From positions 6,111-70,110 of the forward strand of contig DASPWZ010000005.1 in assembly GCA_035637535.1 (NCBI GenBank): a DNA stretch of 64,000 nucleotides, read 5' to 3'. Below are positions 11,930 to 21,770 of the stretch, one piece after another. Position numbers and translations under genes: made by a program. Numbering within the stretch: position 1 is the first letter of the stretch; each line of letters begins with the position of its first letter. This DNA comes from Candidatus Dormiibacterota bacterium. Its GTDB lineage: Archaea; Thermoproteota; Bathyarchaeia; 40CM-2-53-6. The notes beneath the pieces were generated by a model. It saw only the letters and a list, made by a program, of their open reading frames with translations. It was not told where the DNA came from and ran no database searches.

Positions 11930-12673
11930 TTATTGTGTGACGCCAGGCTTTCTCAAGAGAAAGCCAAGTCTGGGAAGTTTGAGTTGTATACCTCTCCCGC
12001 CGACAATGTCGAAACGTACTAGGCGAGGAATTATCTGACGCCGATCCATTTTCCGGACCAGCAAGTATCTGTGGAGCATCTGGTTCTCTTCAACCATCCT
12101 CAGTTCGACAACTCCGTCGACCAGGCTTTCCACCTTTCTGAACAGTTCTGGATGGACACTTCCTGTAGAAAGAGTGACGATTAGTTTTCCTCCTGCTTTC
12201 TTGACTTTTGCTGCGATACTCTGGATGAAGCTGATTGCATGTTTGCTCTCGGTTTCGCTGAATATCGGTATGAGAGAGTCCAGAAGTATTGTTACTTGTG
12301 GGTAGCCCAGTTTCTCCATTAACGTTGTCAAGTAGATGCTCACATTAGTCAGGTCGTACGGCTGCGGGACTACTCCTTCAGTTACGCCCGCGGTGGCCGA
12401 GTAACAGTCCATTATCTCGAGCTTGTTCATCAACTGGTATTTTCTCGGATCCCATCCGAACTCGTTCATCCTCTCCGTTATGTTCGCAGGAAATGTGTCA
12501 TAGGTTACGATGATGCACGGCCTAGACCGGGTTAACTCGTCGTAGAGTATCTGTTGGGCAAGCGTTGTCTTCCCACTGCCAGGGTCTCCTGCAATCAGGA
12601 TTGAGGAGGCGTCTGGCAGGCTCCCGCCGACTAGATTATAGAAATCCTTGAAAGGTGTGGATATTTTCTCCAG
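11930..12673 (-). CDS. KaiC/RecA-superfamily ATPase (single domain)
   Basis: Frame continues upstream of the track start 12469 through 'LEKISTPFKDFYNLVGGSLPDASSILIAGDPGSGKTT'; best start candidate is CTG 12673 behind GGGGTG; also LLDSL, DGVVEL, RYLLVRKM. Confidence 0.85.
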   Translation of the reverse strand: MEKISTPFKDFYNLVGGSLPDASSILIAGDPGSGKTTLAQQILYDELTRSRPCIIVTYDTFPANITERMNEFGWDPRKYQLMNKLEIMDCYSATAGVTEGVVPQPYDLTNVSIYLTTLMEKLGYPQVTILLDSLIPIFSETESKHAISFIQSIAAKVKKAGGKLIVTLSTGSVHPELFRKVESLVDGVVELRMVEENQMLHRYLLVRKMDRRQIIPRLVRFDIVGGRGIQLKLPRLGFLLRKPGVTQ

Positions 12674-12861
12674 TACGGATTTGCACCCCGTGTAGCCGAC
12701 TAGTTCTTCCCAGTCGCTATTGGCTTAGCTCAGCGGCGGCAGGTATGAATGGGGATTGTAACTGGCTTCAACTTTGTTAAAGTACACTTCTCGTGGCAAT
12801 GTTACCGAAGAGTTAATCAATTATGTTCCGTCCGTGCGTGCTCGAAGCAGGGATTACCAAG

Positions 12862-13155
12862 TTGAGACTTGTTTCATATGTCCTGATACAGCTCGCACCA
12901 GGGACAACCAAGACTGCGGCTAAGGCCATCTCCAAGATCAAAGGTGTGAAGATGGCTCATGCCGTCACGGGACCGTTCGATGTAATCGCCTTTGTTGAAG
13001 TTCCAGACCTTACAACTCTATCGGACCTGATTCTCGCTAAGATTCAGAATATCGAGGGAGTCGAGAAAACTCAAACGGCTATTGTGGTGACGCCTGACAT
13101 GCTTAGGCCCAGTCTTCCACGAAATCGAAAGAACAAAACCTCTGATTCTGCTTAG
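12862..13155 (+). CDS. Stand-alone Lrp/AsnC ligand-binding (RAM) domain protein
   Basis: 'YVLIQ...AHAVTGPFDVIAFVE...IQNIEGVEKTQT'; likely TTG start 12862. Confidence 0.88.
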   Translation: MRLVSYVLIQLAPGTTKTAAKAISKIKGVKMAHAVTGPFDVIAFVEVPDLTTLSDLILAKIQNIEGVEKTQTAIVVTPDMLRPSLPRNRKNKTSDSA

Positions 13156-13219
13156 GAGACAGATCGACAACTTCTGAGGAAGGCGAAAGGCTTGTTTGAT
13201 GGAAGGAAACGGAAACGGC

Positions 13220-13354
13220 CTAGTATGACTCGTTTTCCATCGAATCAGTCTTTGATCGCAGACGAGATTGAAGTTCCAGCAGGTTCTTGAGGATGCGAAT
13301 GTCGCCCAAGTCTTCTTCATCTATTGAACTCTGATCTTTCTCGTCCGGTCGCAC
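13220..13354 (-). CDS. Small protein (44 aa) MRPDEKDQSSIDEEDLGDIRILKNLLELQSRLRSKTDSMENESY
   Basis: Read manually: GTG 13354 to TAG 13220; TTATA box ~25 nt upstream; acidic patch plus amphipathic helix. Confidence 0.5.
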   Translation of the reverse strand: MRPDEKDQSSIDEEDLGDIRILKNLLELQSRLRSKTDSMENESY

Positions 13355-13482
13355 GGATGGTCTCTTTTCGCTGCTAGTATAAGTGTTATCAATGCATGAG
13401 AAAGTAGGTTTCGATGATCTAAATGGGTAAGCCTAGGCAGACTAAGAAACCTAAGAAAAAGAAAGAGATGTAGTGTCTTCCG

Positions 13483-14565
13483 CTAGATGGTTGGCGGGGG
13501 TGGCGGTTTCCTCACCTTAATGGCGAGGAGTATTAGGAAGAACGCTAGTCCAAATATTGTAAGAAGAACAATCGCGGACGTAGTTGTACTGGCGGCTGTG
13601 CTGCCGACGTTTAGCTGAACTGTGGCCGTTGGGCTGGTGATGGCGTTTTCAGAGAGCGGACCTATCGTTTGGCTCTGATATGCTACACTAAGCTGATAGG
13701 ATCCTTGGGGTATCACGCCTATCTTGGCGTCGCCCTTGCTATCAGTGATGATACTCCTGCTTGTCTGATTGACGAGCGTGACTGTGACATTGGCTCCACT
13801 GATTGGATTATTATTATTGTCAACGACGTGAATTGTTGCTGGGTAGGCTTGAAGGGAAACTGTTTTTGTCGCCGGTCCGCTGGTCAAGTCGAGGGTTTGT
13901 CCTGAAGGCGTTGTTCCGATGGTCCATCCCTCCCACGTCACCCCAGAAACCGTGTAGAGATCGTTGGATAGAAATCCTGAATACTGCGTGATTGTGGTTG
14001 TCGTGCCTGCTGTTTGAGCAGAGAGATTGACTGAGGCGGGAGCCGGACTTAAGGGGTTGCCCGAAGCGTCGTTGAATGACAGTGTGTACTGGAATTGCTT
14101 GTCGAACATGGCTGTGAAACCAGCTGTGCCAGTGTAGTTGAAAAGAATTCCGTTAGGTGATCCCGCTACGGGAATTCTAAGCGTCGGGTTGGTTGTCCAG
14201 ACAACTTGGTTCTGGGTCCCGTAATAGTTGACCCACTCCTTCCAGACGTAGTGGCCTCCTGTTGAGGATCCGGTGAAGCTGGTGCTGTTTAGGACTGTAA
14301 TGGTGGCAATGGTGTTATTCACAAAGGTGAAGGTTGGAGGAGAGCTTTGGGGAAGGGACACGGTGCAGGGATTCGTGCTACAATTGGGGCCGGTGCCGTT
14401 GTATATCTTGACCCAAATAGTCCCATCGCTCGATGGGACATTCGAGCTGACCGTTACCTGGCAGCCCGAAGAGCAACCGGATGTGGCGTATACGTTTCCG
14501 ATGAGGATCGGAACTAGAAATGAAGCGAGTAATGTGAAGAGTATGACTGGGGCTCTTGCTCTCAC
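13483..14565 (-). CDS. Membrane-anchored surface protein (Thr/Ser-rich, Ig/carboxypeptidase-regulatory-like domain)
   Basis: Signal peptide, several N-x-S/T sequons, 'PISGANVTVT...TDSKGDA', C-terminal TM plus KVRKPPPPP. Confidence 0.8.
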   Translation of the reverse strand: MRARAPVILFTLLASFLVPILIGNVYATSGCSSGCQVTVSSNVPSSDGTIWVKIYNGTGPNCSTNPCTVSLPQSSPPTFTFVNNTIATITVLNSTSFTGSSTGGHYVWKEWVNYYGTQNQVVWTTNPTLRIPVAGSPNGILFNYTGTAGFTAMFDKQFQYTLSFNDASGNPLSPAPASVNLSAQTAGTTTTITQYSGFLSNDLYTVSGVTWEGWTIGTTPSGQTLDLTSGPATKTVSLQAYPATIHVVDNNNNPISGANVTVTLVNQTSRSIITDSKGDAKIGVIPQGSYQLSVAYQSQTIGPLSENAITSPTATVQLNVGSTAASTTTSAIVLLTIFGLAFFLILLAIKVRKPPPPPTI

Positions 14566-14783
14566 TGTAAGCCTGGCCTCGACGTTGGCCGAGAAACCGG
14601 AGTTGTAGGCTTAGAATCTCTTGAACCATCAGTGTTGATGGAGGGGTAACATGGACCTTAACCGGGTCCGCCTTGCACCTCGCATCGGACGGTCAAGGGT
14701 GGGGTAGCCTGCCTCGTCTCCTTCACGCTCTTCTGGCGGCGTTATTTTATATCGTTCATCAGAAAAATGGGTCAGCGGACATT

Positions 14784-16241
14784 ATGACGGTTCAGCTTCA
14801 GAAGATGAAGATGCTCGTTGGGGGAGATTGGAAGGACAGCTCGACAGGCGCCAGGTCGTCTGTCATTGATCCATCGAGCGGGGAAATTATTGCTGAGGTT
14901 CCGAGGGCGTCCAAACAGGACGCCAAGAGTGCTGTTGATGCGGCTAGAGCTGCTTTCGAGTCGCCTGAATGGCGGGACATGGATTCCGGGAAGAGGGGGA
15001 GAATTCTCACGAAGCTGGCGGGACTGGTTCGTGAGAACTCCGACGAGCTTGCGAGGCTGGAGACGTCGAATGAGGGTAAGACTCTCCGGGAGTCAAAGGG
15101 CGATGTTGCCTGGGCAGCTCGCGCTTTCGAGTATTTTGCGGGGCTTGCGGACAAGATTGAGGGCGAGACGATTCCTGTGCCGCCTAAGCGGTTGAATTAT
15201 ACTTTGAAAGAGCCGTTGGGAGTAACCGTCCATATTGTTCCTTGGAATTATCCGATCGCCTTGGCCTCGAGAAGTCTAGCACCCGCGCTCGCTGCAGGCA
15301 ACACCGTAGTGATCAAGCCCTCGGAGCTTACTCCTCTCACTGCTCTCAAGCTTGGAGAGCTGGCAGTAAAGGCCGGGACTCCGAAGGGCGTGATGAACGT
15401 GGTGACAGGTTCGGGTGCGGAGGTTGGATCAGCGCTGGTTTCTGACAAGAATGTCGACGGAATCGTGTTTACTGGCTCTGGTGACACTGGTCGTCAAGTT
15501 ATGGAGGCAGCGGCCAAGAACATTACACATGTAGTTATGGAGCTCGGGGGGAAGAATCCTCACATTATCTTCGCCGACGCGGATCTTCCGAGGGCAGTTA
15601 AGGCAGTGAAAGATGGGATCTTTACCAACGCTGGACAGATGTGCTGGGCAGGATCTCGCGCATTCATACACGAATCCATCTACGACGGTTTCGTCAAGGA
15701 CCTGGTGGGGAAGACGTCAGCGATGAGGATTGGACCTGGAAGCGAGGAGACGACGGAGATGGGTCCCTTGGTTTCAAAGTCGCGGCAAGAAACTGTTCTG
15801 GGCTACGTCAAGGACGGAGTCGCAGAAGGCGCGAAACTGCTGTGTGGAGGCAAGAAACCTAGCGATCCACGGCTCGACAAGGGAAGCTTTCTCGAACCGA
15901 CGATCTTCGCTGACGTGACGGGCGAGATGAAGATCGGTTGTGATGAGATCTTTGGTCCCGTCTTATGTGTGACGAAGTTCAAGAATACTGACGAAGTTGT
16001 GGCGATGGCCAACGAAACGGACTACGGTCTGTATGGAGGTGTCTGGACGAACAACCTGAAGCTGGCTCACGAGGTGGCGTCGAGGCTCGAGGTCGGCGGA
16101 GTCGCGATCAACGAATACTTGGTCACGTTTCCCCAGACGCCTTTTGGGGGCTACAAGGACAGCGGGATTGGACACGAGAACGGGGTTAGAGCGATCGAAT
16201 ACTATACGCGGACTAAGAATGTCTCGGTAAACCTCAGCTAG
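14784..16241 (+). CDS. NAD(P)+-dependent aldehyde dehydrogenase
   Basis: PWNYP, KPSE, FTGS, ELGGKNP, catalytic GQMC, EIFGPV; likely start ATG 14784. Confidence 0.95.
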   Translation: MTVQLQKMKMLVGGDWKDSSTGARSSVIDPSSGEIIAEVPRASKQDAKSAVDAARAAFESPEWRDMDSGKRGRILTKLAGLVRENSDELARLETSNEGKTLRESKGDVAWAARAFEYFAGLADKIEGETIPVPPKRLNYTLKEPLGVTVHIVPWNYPIALASRSLAPALAAGNTVVIKPSELTPLTALKLGELAVKAGTPKGVMNVVTGSGAEVGSALVSDKNVDGIVFTGSGDTGRQVMEAAAKNITHVVMELGGKNPHIIFADADLPRAVKAVKDGIFTNAGQMCWAGSRAFIHESIYDGFVKDLVGKTSAMRIGPGSEETTEMGPLVSKSRQETVLGYVKDGVAEGAKLLCGGKKPSDPRLDKGSFLEPTIFADVTGEMKIGCDEIFGPVLCVTKFKNTDEVVAMANETDYGLYGGVWTNNLKLAHEVASRLEVGGVAINEYLVTFPQTPFGGYKDSGIGHENGVRAIEYYTRTKNVSVNLS

Positions 16242-16244
16242 CAC

Positions 16245-16655
16245 TTACTTCGATTCTAGTTGGTAGAAGACTCCTTCTCCCGCGTGTTTGGCCCTTAGCA
16301 CCAGTTCCAGACCGGGCTTCAGATCTTTAATCTCTACTTCGCTGCTTATAGGGGCGAATACCCTCAATCCATCATCGAGCTCCGCTAGTCCGAGCAGGTA
16401 AGGGGTCGCATCTTGGAAGGCTGGGGGAGCGAAGTAGACTTCCGTGAATGTTATGAGTTTTCCTTTGCCCTCGATGGGAACCCATGCGATCTCGCTGCCT
16501 CGGCATTTCGGGCAATCGGCACGGGGTGGAAAACATAGCGTGCCGCATTCTTTGCATCGTGTTGCCATAACCTGGTTCTTCTCCAGATATGACACGAAAG
16601 GTGTGATCTTCGCCTGGGAGACGTAGCCGAATCTTCCGAATTTCTCGAAGCCCAA
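16245..16655 (-). CDS. DUF35 Zn-ribbon/OB-fold thiolase partner
   Basis: CKECG...PPRADCPKC plus OB fold; directly downstream of the thiolase. Confidence 0.92.
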   Translation of the reverse strand: MGFEKFGRFGYVSQAKITPFVSYLEKNQVMATRCKECGTLCFPPRADCPKCRGSEIAWVPIEGKGKLITFTEVYFAPPAFQDATPYLLGLAELDDGLRVFAPISSEVEIKDLKPGLELVLRAKHAGEGVFYQLESK

Positions 16656-16660
16656 GAAAT

Positions 16661-17815
16661 CTACGCCCTGAGAATCGAAACCGCGGAGTACATTCCTATT
16701 CCTCCGATGTTCTGAGCGAGTCCGATCTTCGCACCGTCGACCTGTACGTCTCCAGCCTCTTTTCTAAGCTGATGAACTAGGCTGGTGATCTGGGAGGCTC
16801 CAGTGGCTCCCACTGGGTGTCCTTTGGAGATGAGTCCGCCATCAATATTGATAGGGATTTTTCCTCCAAGGTCGGTCTCGTTGGTCTTGAGAAGCTTGGT
16901 TCCTTTTCCGGGCCGAGCAAATCCGAGGTCTTCGTAGTTCAGTATCTCCGTGATCGAGAACGAGTCGTGGACCTCAGCAACATCTACATCATTCGGTTTT
17001 ATTCGAGCCATCTCGTAGGCCGACCTAGCTGCGTTCTTTGTAACTTCGAAGCTGGTCAGAGGACCCTGTCGCCCTGCGAGAGACATAGGACTGGAAGCGA
17101 GCCCGAGACCCGCAATCCAGACGGGGTTGTCAGTTATCTTCTTGGTCATCTCAGAGTTGGCGATGATTAGACATGCAGCGCCGTCAGCGTTTGCGCAGCA
17201 GTCGTAGAGTTTCAAGGGTTTGGCGACGGGGCGTGAGTTCATTACCTCTTCGGTGGTGATGGGTTTCTGAAACATTGCTTGGGGGTTCTTAGCTCCATAT
17301 TTTCGGTTCTTCACGGTGACTAGTGCCATGTCCTCCTCGGTGGTTCCGTACTTTGCCATGTGGGCGTTTGCGTACATTGCGTAGTATGCTGGCATGCTTG
17401 TACCGAAGGGAGATTCCCACATCACGTCACCAGCCCTTCCCATCAATTCCTGAATCTCTCCTGAGGAGAGCTCAGTCATCTTCTGGACTCCAACCACCGC
17501 GATTACATCGTGCAGACGGGACGATATTAGCGACCAGGCGATTCTCAGTCCTACAGCACTAGAGGCACACGCGGCTTCGACGTTGAAAGTGGGTTTAGGA
17601 CTGAGACCAAGATATTCAGATACAACACCGGCGGGGGATCTCTGCTTATCATAGTGCGTGGCTGAGCAGACTACCGACCCATCTATCGCCGGAGACTCTA
17701 ATTCCGCATCGTCGAGCGCACTCCTGTACGCTTCGAACGCGAGCTCTCGGAGGGAAGCATCGCTTCTTTTTCCAAACTTTGAATGCCCGACGCCAACAAT
17801 TGCGATTCGGCCCAT
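16661..17815 (-). CDS. Thiolase (archaeal/SCP2-type acetyl-CoA acyltransferase)
   Basis: EAACAS, EVHDSF, KGHPVGATG. Confidence 0.93.
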   Translation of the reverse strand: MGRIAIVGVGHSKFGKRSDASLRELAFEAYRSALDDAELESPAIDGSVVCSATHYDKQRSPAGVVSEYLGLSPKPTFNVEAACASSAVGLRIAWSLISSRLHDVIAVVGVQKMTELSSGEIQELMGRAGDVMWESPFGTSMPAYYAMYANAHMAKYGTTEEDMALVTVKNRKYGAKNPQAMFQKPITTEEVMNSRPVAKPLKLYDCCANADGAACLIIANSEMTKKITDNPVWIAGLGLASSPMSLAGRQGPLTSFEVTKNAARSAYEMARIKPNDVDVAEVHDSFSITEILNYEDLGFARPGKGTKLLKTNETDLGGKIPINIDGGLISKGHPVGATGASQITSLVHQLRKEAGDVQVDGAKIGLAQNIGGIGMYSAVSILRA

Positions 17816-17860
17816 AAACTGGATTCCGAGATTAATTCTGGCTCGTGCTCTAAAAGAAGG

Positions 17861-18184
17861 TTACTTGCTGTTAGGCTGCATTGCTTCCTTGGACTCGGCG
17901 TAGAGAAAAGTGATTCCTCCGGTGGCGATCTTCACGCTATGTCGCCCTGAGTCTCTCCCTGCTTGAGAGTCGAGTGCTTTTTTCATACTATCCATGTTGT
18001 CGAACTCCAGCTCTACGACCTGGTAGTAAGCAGGGTCGCCTCGTGGTGCACCAACAACCTTGTGAACGGTGTACTTCTTGAGTCCTGGCATTTGTTTGGC
18101 CATTGGAACGTGATCCTCCCAGTACTGTTTGTCGAATAGTTCTGGGTCTTTGGGTTTGCCAAACAGTACGATGATCTTCGCCAA
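17861..18184 (-). CDS. EthD-family protein
   Basis: 'PKDPELFDKQYWEDHVPMAKQMPGL...ELEFDNMD' EthD pattern. Confidence 0.85.
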   Translation of the reverse strand: MAKIIVLFGKPKDPELFDKQYWEDHVPMAKQMPGLKKYTVHKVVGAPRGDPAYYQVVELEFDNMDSMKKALDSQAGRDSGRHSVKIATGGITFLYAESKEAMQPNSK

Positions 18185-18197
18185 GGGTCTCTAGCCT

Positions 18198-19199
18198 CTA
18201 GAAGCTGGTTGCTATCGCCTCGTTTTTCCTGATCTGTACATCGACCCCTTCAACTTCTATCTCAGGGATCGCGGGGACCTTGATGCCCATTTCCTCTATC
18301 TCGCCTCTCTTCTTCTCAATCGCCTGCCTCCAATACTTTACCTTCTCCTCCATTGTCAAGCATCCTAACCCTGAGTCTCGCGCGATCTGCTCGAGTTCAT
18401 GATCGACTTTGTCAAAATCTGATGGTAGCCGCCAGAATTCGGACTTGTGTTCGTAGAGGAGTGGAGATAGGAAGATGAAGCCCTGTTTCATCTGACGTGT
18501 AACGGTGAACTTCTGTTCCTCGGTAAACTCCTGGGACATTGCGCGCAGGAGCGCCATTGTGGCGACCAAGTGCCGGGTCTCGTCCCTGGTTATGTTCTGG
18601 AAGGATTGTCGATAGACTTCGAGTTTGCTTGTCTGACGCATTGAGTTGAATATAGTCTCGGCTCCTATCTCTGCAAAGAAAAAGCCGGCAAATAATAGCT
18701 CTGGGGAGAGGTATTCCCATGCACCGACGAATCCCTTCCAGTACCTTCGTCCTTCGTCGTACAGGGCTTGTATGTTCCTCAAGGCCTTCTGTTCGAAACC
18801 CGACTGGGGCTTGTATCCGTAAGGCCAGTTAGGGCATAGTTTGTCGCAGGCTCTGCGGCATACTTCATCGTGGCGGCATTCATCATAGGTGATTGATGCG
18901 AGCATCTTCTTCGTTGGATCCTCCAAGTTCAATTCTGCTGCTCTCACTATGCCGAAACCAAAAGCTCCAATCCCAGACTTCTCGAAGAGTGCTAGTTTTG
19001 ACATCCAGTAAGCTTGAGCTATCCTCTCCTTAGGGTCAAAATTCTTCCCCTCGAGTTCGTCCCAGGGAAGGGTTGAAGGATTCCAGTTTTGAGCGAAAGA
19101 TAGGTCGAAAGCTCGGAACATCATTTCGTTCTTGATGGTCCAGTTCCCGGGAAAAATGTTCAGGTCCGTTTTGGACTTGTCCTTCTGGGCCTTTGGCAA
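18198..19199 (-). CDS. Ferritin-like di-iron carboxylate protein (putative oxygenase)
   Basis: E...DECRH...E...DETRH ligand pattern; N-terminal W-x-P-x-x-LPW. Confidence 0.8.
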   Translation of the reverse strand: MPKAQKDKSKTDLNIFPGNWTIKNEMMFRAFDLSFAQNWNPSTLPWDELEGKNFDPKERIAQAYWMSKLALFEKSGIGAFGFGIVRAAELNLEDPTKKMLASITYDECRHDEVCRRACDKLCPNWPYGYKPQSGFEQKALRNIQALYDEGRRYWKGFVGAWEYLSPELLFAGFFFAEIGAETIFNSMRQTSKLEVYRQSFQNITRDETRHLVATMALLRAMSQEFTEEQKFTVTRQMKQGFIFLSPLLYEHKSEFWRLPSDFDKVDHELEQIARDSGLGCLTMEEKVKYWRQAIEKKRGEIEEMGIKVPAIPEIEVEGVDVQIRKNEAIATSF

Positions 19200-19268
19200 G
19201 TTATGCTCGTCTCGGCGATCTTCTCAACAGGTTACTTAAACGTGAAATCTTGAGGAACAGTCACGGAT

Positions 19269-20063
19269 TCAAGTTCCTGAGAACTTGGGTTGACGCTTCT
19301 CAAGGAAGGCTCTAACTGCTTCTAGATGATCTTGGGTTTTCCCTGCAATGTCTTGGTTCTGAGCCTCGTATTCAAGGGCCTCGTGTAGGTCAAGTCTACT
19401 GACGTGATTCACAACTCTCTTTGAGAGTCCTAGTGCCTTCGTGGGGCCATTTGCGAGTTTTGCGGCAACATTGTCTACGACCTTGTCCAGTTCTGCAGCA
19501 GGGGCTACTTGGTTTACTAGCCCCATGGTCTCCGCCTCTCTGGCTCCGACTGTTCTTCCAGTCATGATAAGTTCGAGGGCTCGACCCGGACCCAGTGCTC
19601 GGGTGAGAAAATAGCTACTTCCAGAATCTGGTACTAACCCTACTCCGATGAATGCTTGTTTGAGGCCTGCCTCCTCGGAAGCTATTCGAATATCGCAGGC
19701 TAGAGCAATGCTTGCGCCGCTGCCCGCCGCTATGCCGTTGATTCGCCCGATGACGGGCTTCTCCATGTGTCGGATTCGGAGGATAATCGGGTGGTATTTT
19801 TTTCTGAGATGATTCCCGAGGGAAGGATGGGACTCCCCACCGTATCGCTCTTTCAAGCCTGAGACGTCTTCACCTGCTGAAAAGGCCCTACCTGCGCCGG
19901 TGATGATTAGACAACGAGTGTCCTCGTCCTTTTCCGCGTCTTTCAGGGCAGTGTAGAATTCTTCTCCCATCTTGTCGTTGAGGGAGTTGAGGGCTGCAGG
20001 ACGGTTCAGGGTGATTCTTGTTATCTGATTCCTCTTTTCAACAAGTATGGTTTCGTATCCCAT
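19269..20063 (-). CDS. paaG: Enoyl-CoA hydratase/isomerase, PaaG-like
   Basis: AFSAGED, AAGSGASIALACD, GLVPDSG (Asp in place of the hydratase Glu, as in PaaG). Confidence 0.75.
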   Translation of the reverse strand: MGYETILVEKRNQITRITLNRPAALNSLNDKMGEEFYTALKDAEKDEDTRCLIITGAGRAFSAGEDVSGLKERYGGESHPSLGNHLRKKYHPIILRIRHMEKPVIGRINGIAAGSGASIALACDIRIASEEAGLKQAFIGVGLVPDSGSSYFLTRALGPGRALELIMTGRTVGAREAETMGLVNQVAPAAELDKVVDNVAAKLANGPTKALGLSKRVVNHVSRLDLHEALEYEAQNQDIAGKTQDHLEAVRAFLEKRQPKFSGT

Positions 20064-20064
20064 T

Positions 20065-20838
20065 CTATCGACCTTTGAACTGGGGTGTTCGCTTCTCGGT
20101 AAAGGCCTTCATTCCTTCCTTCATGTCCTGCGTTGAGAAGAGTAGGTAGAAGTTTCTTCTCTCGAACTGTAATCCTTCCTCCAAGGGAGTGTCGAAAGCC
20201 TTCAACACAGCCTCCTTGGCCAGTCTGGTCGCAACAGGAGCTTTCTGTGCAATCTGCATGGCTAGTTTCTTCGCCTCCTCAAAGTACGCCTCTACTGGTA
20301 CGATTTTGTTGACGAGTCCATGCTTCTCCGCTTCCCTAGCAGTGATGGGTTGGCCGGTGAGGATCATTTCCATCGCGCGGAATTTTCCGATGGTTCTTGT
20401 CAAGCGCTGGGTTCCACCGGCTCCGGGCATTATTCCTATGCTGATCTCTGGCTGACCGAATCTTGCTGTTTCTGATGCAATGATGATGTCACAGTTCATT
20501 GCTAGCTCGCATCCTCCGCCTAGGGCGTGCCCGCTGATGGCTCCTACGATCGGTTTGGCTGTCTTCTTCAGCCTGTCCCAGAGTGCGAATTGGTTGCGCT
20601 GGATGAGGTCGACAGGTGTTGCTTCGGATAGCTCTTTGATGTCTGCTCCAGCTGAGAATGCATCGTCATTCCCTGTCAGAACGGTAGCTCTGATTCGATC
20701 GTCTCTATCAAAGGCTTCGAGGGCCTCAACGAGCTCTCTCAGGAGTTCGAAGTTTAGTGCGTTGAGAACTTTGGGTCTGTTAAGTCGGATTATTCCGATA
20801 GGCGGTTCTGTCTCAACTAATATCTGGCTGAACGGCAA
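20065..20838 (-). CDS. paaF: Enoyl-CoA hydratase, PaaF-like
   Basis: FSAGADIKE, LGGGCELA, FGQPEI, PGAGGTQRL. Confidence 0.8.
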   Translation of the reverse strand: MPFSQILVETEPPIGIIRLNRPKVLNALNFELLRELVEALEAFDRDDRIRATVLTGNDDAFSAGADIKELSEATPVDLIQRNQFALWDRLKKTAKPIVGAISGHALGGGCELAMNCDIIIASETARFGQPEISIGIMPGAGGTQRLTRTIGKFRAMEMILTGQPITAREAEKHGLVNKIVPVEAYFEEAKKLAMQIAQKAPVATRLAKEAVLKAFDTPLEEGLQFERRNFYLLFSTQDMKEGMKAFTEKRTPQFKGR

Positions 20839-20888
20839 GCGAGATCCGTCTTGCCGGTGGTGGAGCGTCTATAAAGCGTTGGGAATTC

Positions 20889-21770
20889 TCAGCGAGTAGA
20901 CCCGAAGAATTCATCGTAGCCTCCCTTGCTCCCTTTTCTTCGTGAGGGATCGCCCAGATATCCTTGGTTCACCATTTCTCTGAGCGCTTTAGGCGGAATC
21001 CACTTTTCGTCTCCGGTAGCTTGGAAGAGTGCTTCGAGGTTTCGTAGTCTCGTGTCGAGGCCTACGAAGTCTGCGAGTTCGAAGGGTCCCATTGGGTGAT
21101 TGTATCCAAGCTTCATTGCCAGGTCGATGTCGCGAATCTTTGTAGTTCCTTCTTCGAGAAGCGCCGATGCTTCCATGTAGAGCGTGAGTCCGAGGCGGTT
21201 GGCTATGAAACCGGGTTCATCATGAGCAATGATTGGTGTTTTTCCGATCATTTCGACGATTTTAGCCGCTTCCTGAATTGTTCTCTCTGATGTCTGGTCG
21301 GTCTTGACGATCTCAACGAGTTTAGTAATTTGTGCTGGATTGAAAAAGTGCATTCCAAGCAATCTGTCTTTCTTGGAGAGTCTTGATCCTATCTTGCTGA
21401 CTGTTAGGGTGGACGTGTTCGAGGCGAGCAAGGCACTCTGTGGTGCAATTGATTCTAGTTTTGCGAACACTTCCTGTTTCAGGGGTAGGTGTTCGTAGAC
21501 TGCTTCGATGACAAGGTCTGCGTCATGGCAGGCGTCTCTTACGTCTGCTGCTGGTCGGATTTTTTGAATAGTCTTTTCGCCTTCCTCCCGGGTTATTTTC
21601 GCCTTAGCAACCGCCGATTCTACGCCGTAGAGTCCGTGGGCGACCTCATCAAGCCCTGACTTGACTGCGACAGGATTCTCGTCGGTCACCGCGACTTCGT
21701 TATCTTGTTGTGCGAAGACTTGGGCTATCTGGCGTCCCATCGTTCCAAAGCCGATGACTGCGACTCTCAT
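20889..21770 (-). CDS. 3-hydroxyacyl-CoA dehydrogenase (PaaH-like)
   Basis: GFGTMG, SNTST, GMHFFNP, PGFIANR, PMGPFEL; start ATG 21770 overlaps the upstream stop. Confidence 0.93.
   Translation of the reverse strand: MRVAVIGFGTMGRQIAQVFAQQDNEVAVTDENPVAVKSGLDEVAHGLYGVESAVAKAKITREEGEKTIQKIRPAADVRDACHDADLVIEAVYEHLPLKQEVFAKLESIAPQSALLASNTSTLTVSKIGSRLSKKDRLLGMHFFNPAQITKLVEIVKTDQTSERTIQEAAKIVEMIGKTPIIAHDEPGFIANRLGLTLYMEASALLEEGTTKIRDIDLAMKLGYNHPMGPFELADFVGLDTRLRNLEALFQATGDEKWIPPKALREMVNQGYLGDPSRRKGSKGGYDEFFGSTR

Noticed and set aside
16245-17815. Thiolase-DUF35 as the mevalonate-pathway complex
   Set aside because: No HMG-CoA synthase adjacent; the context is beta-oxidation-like
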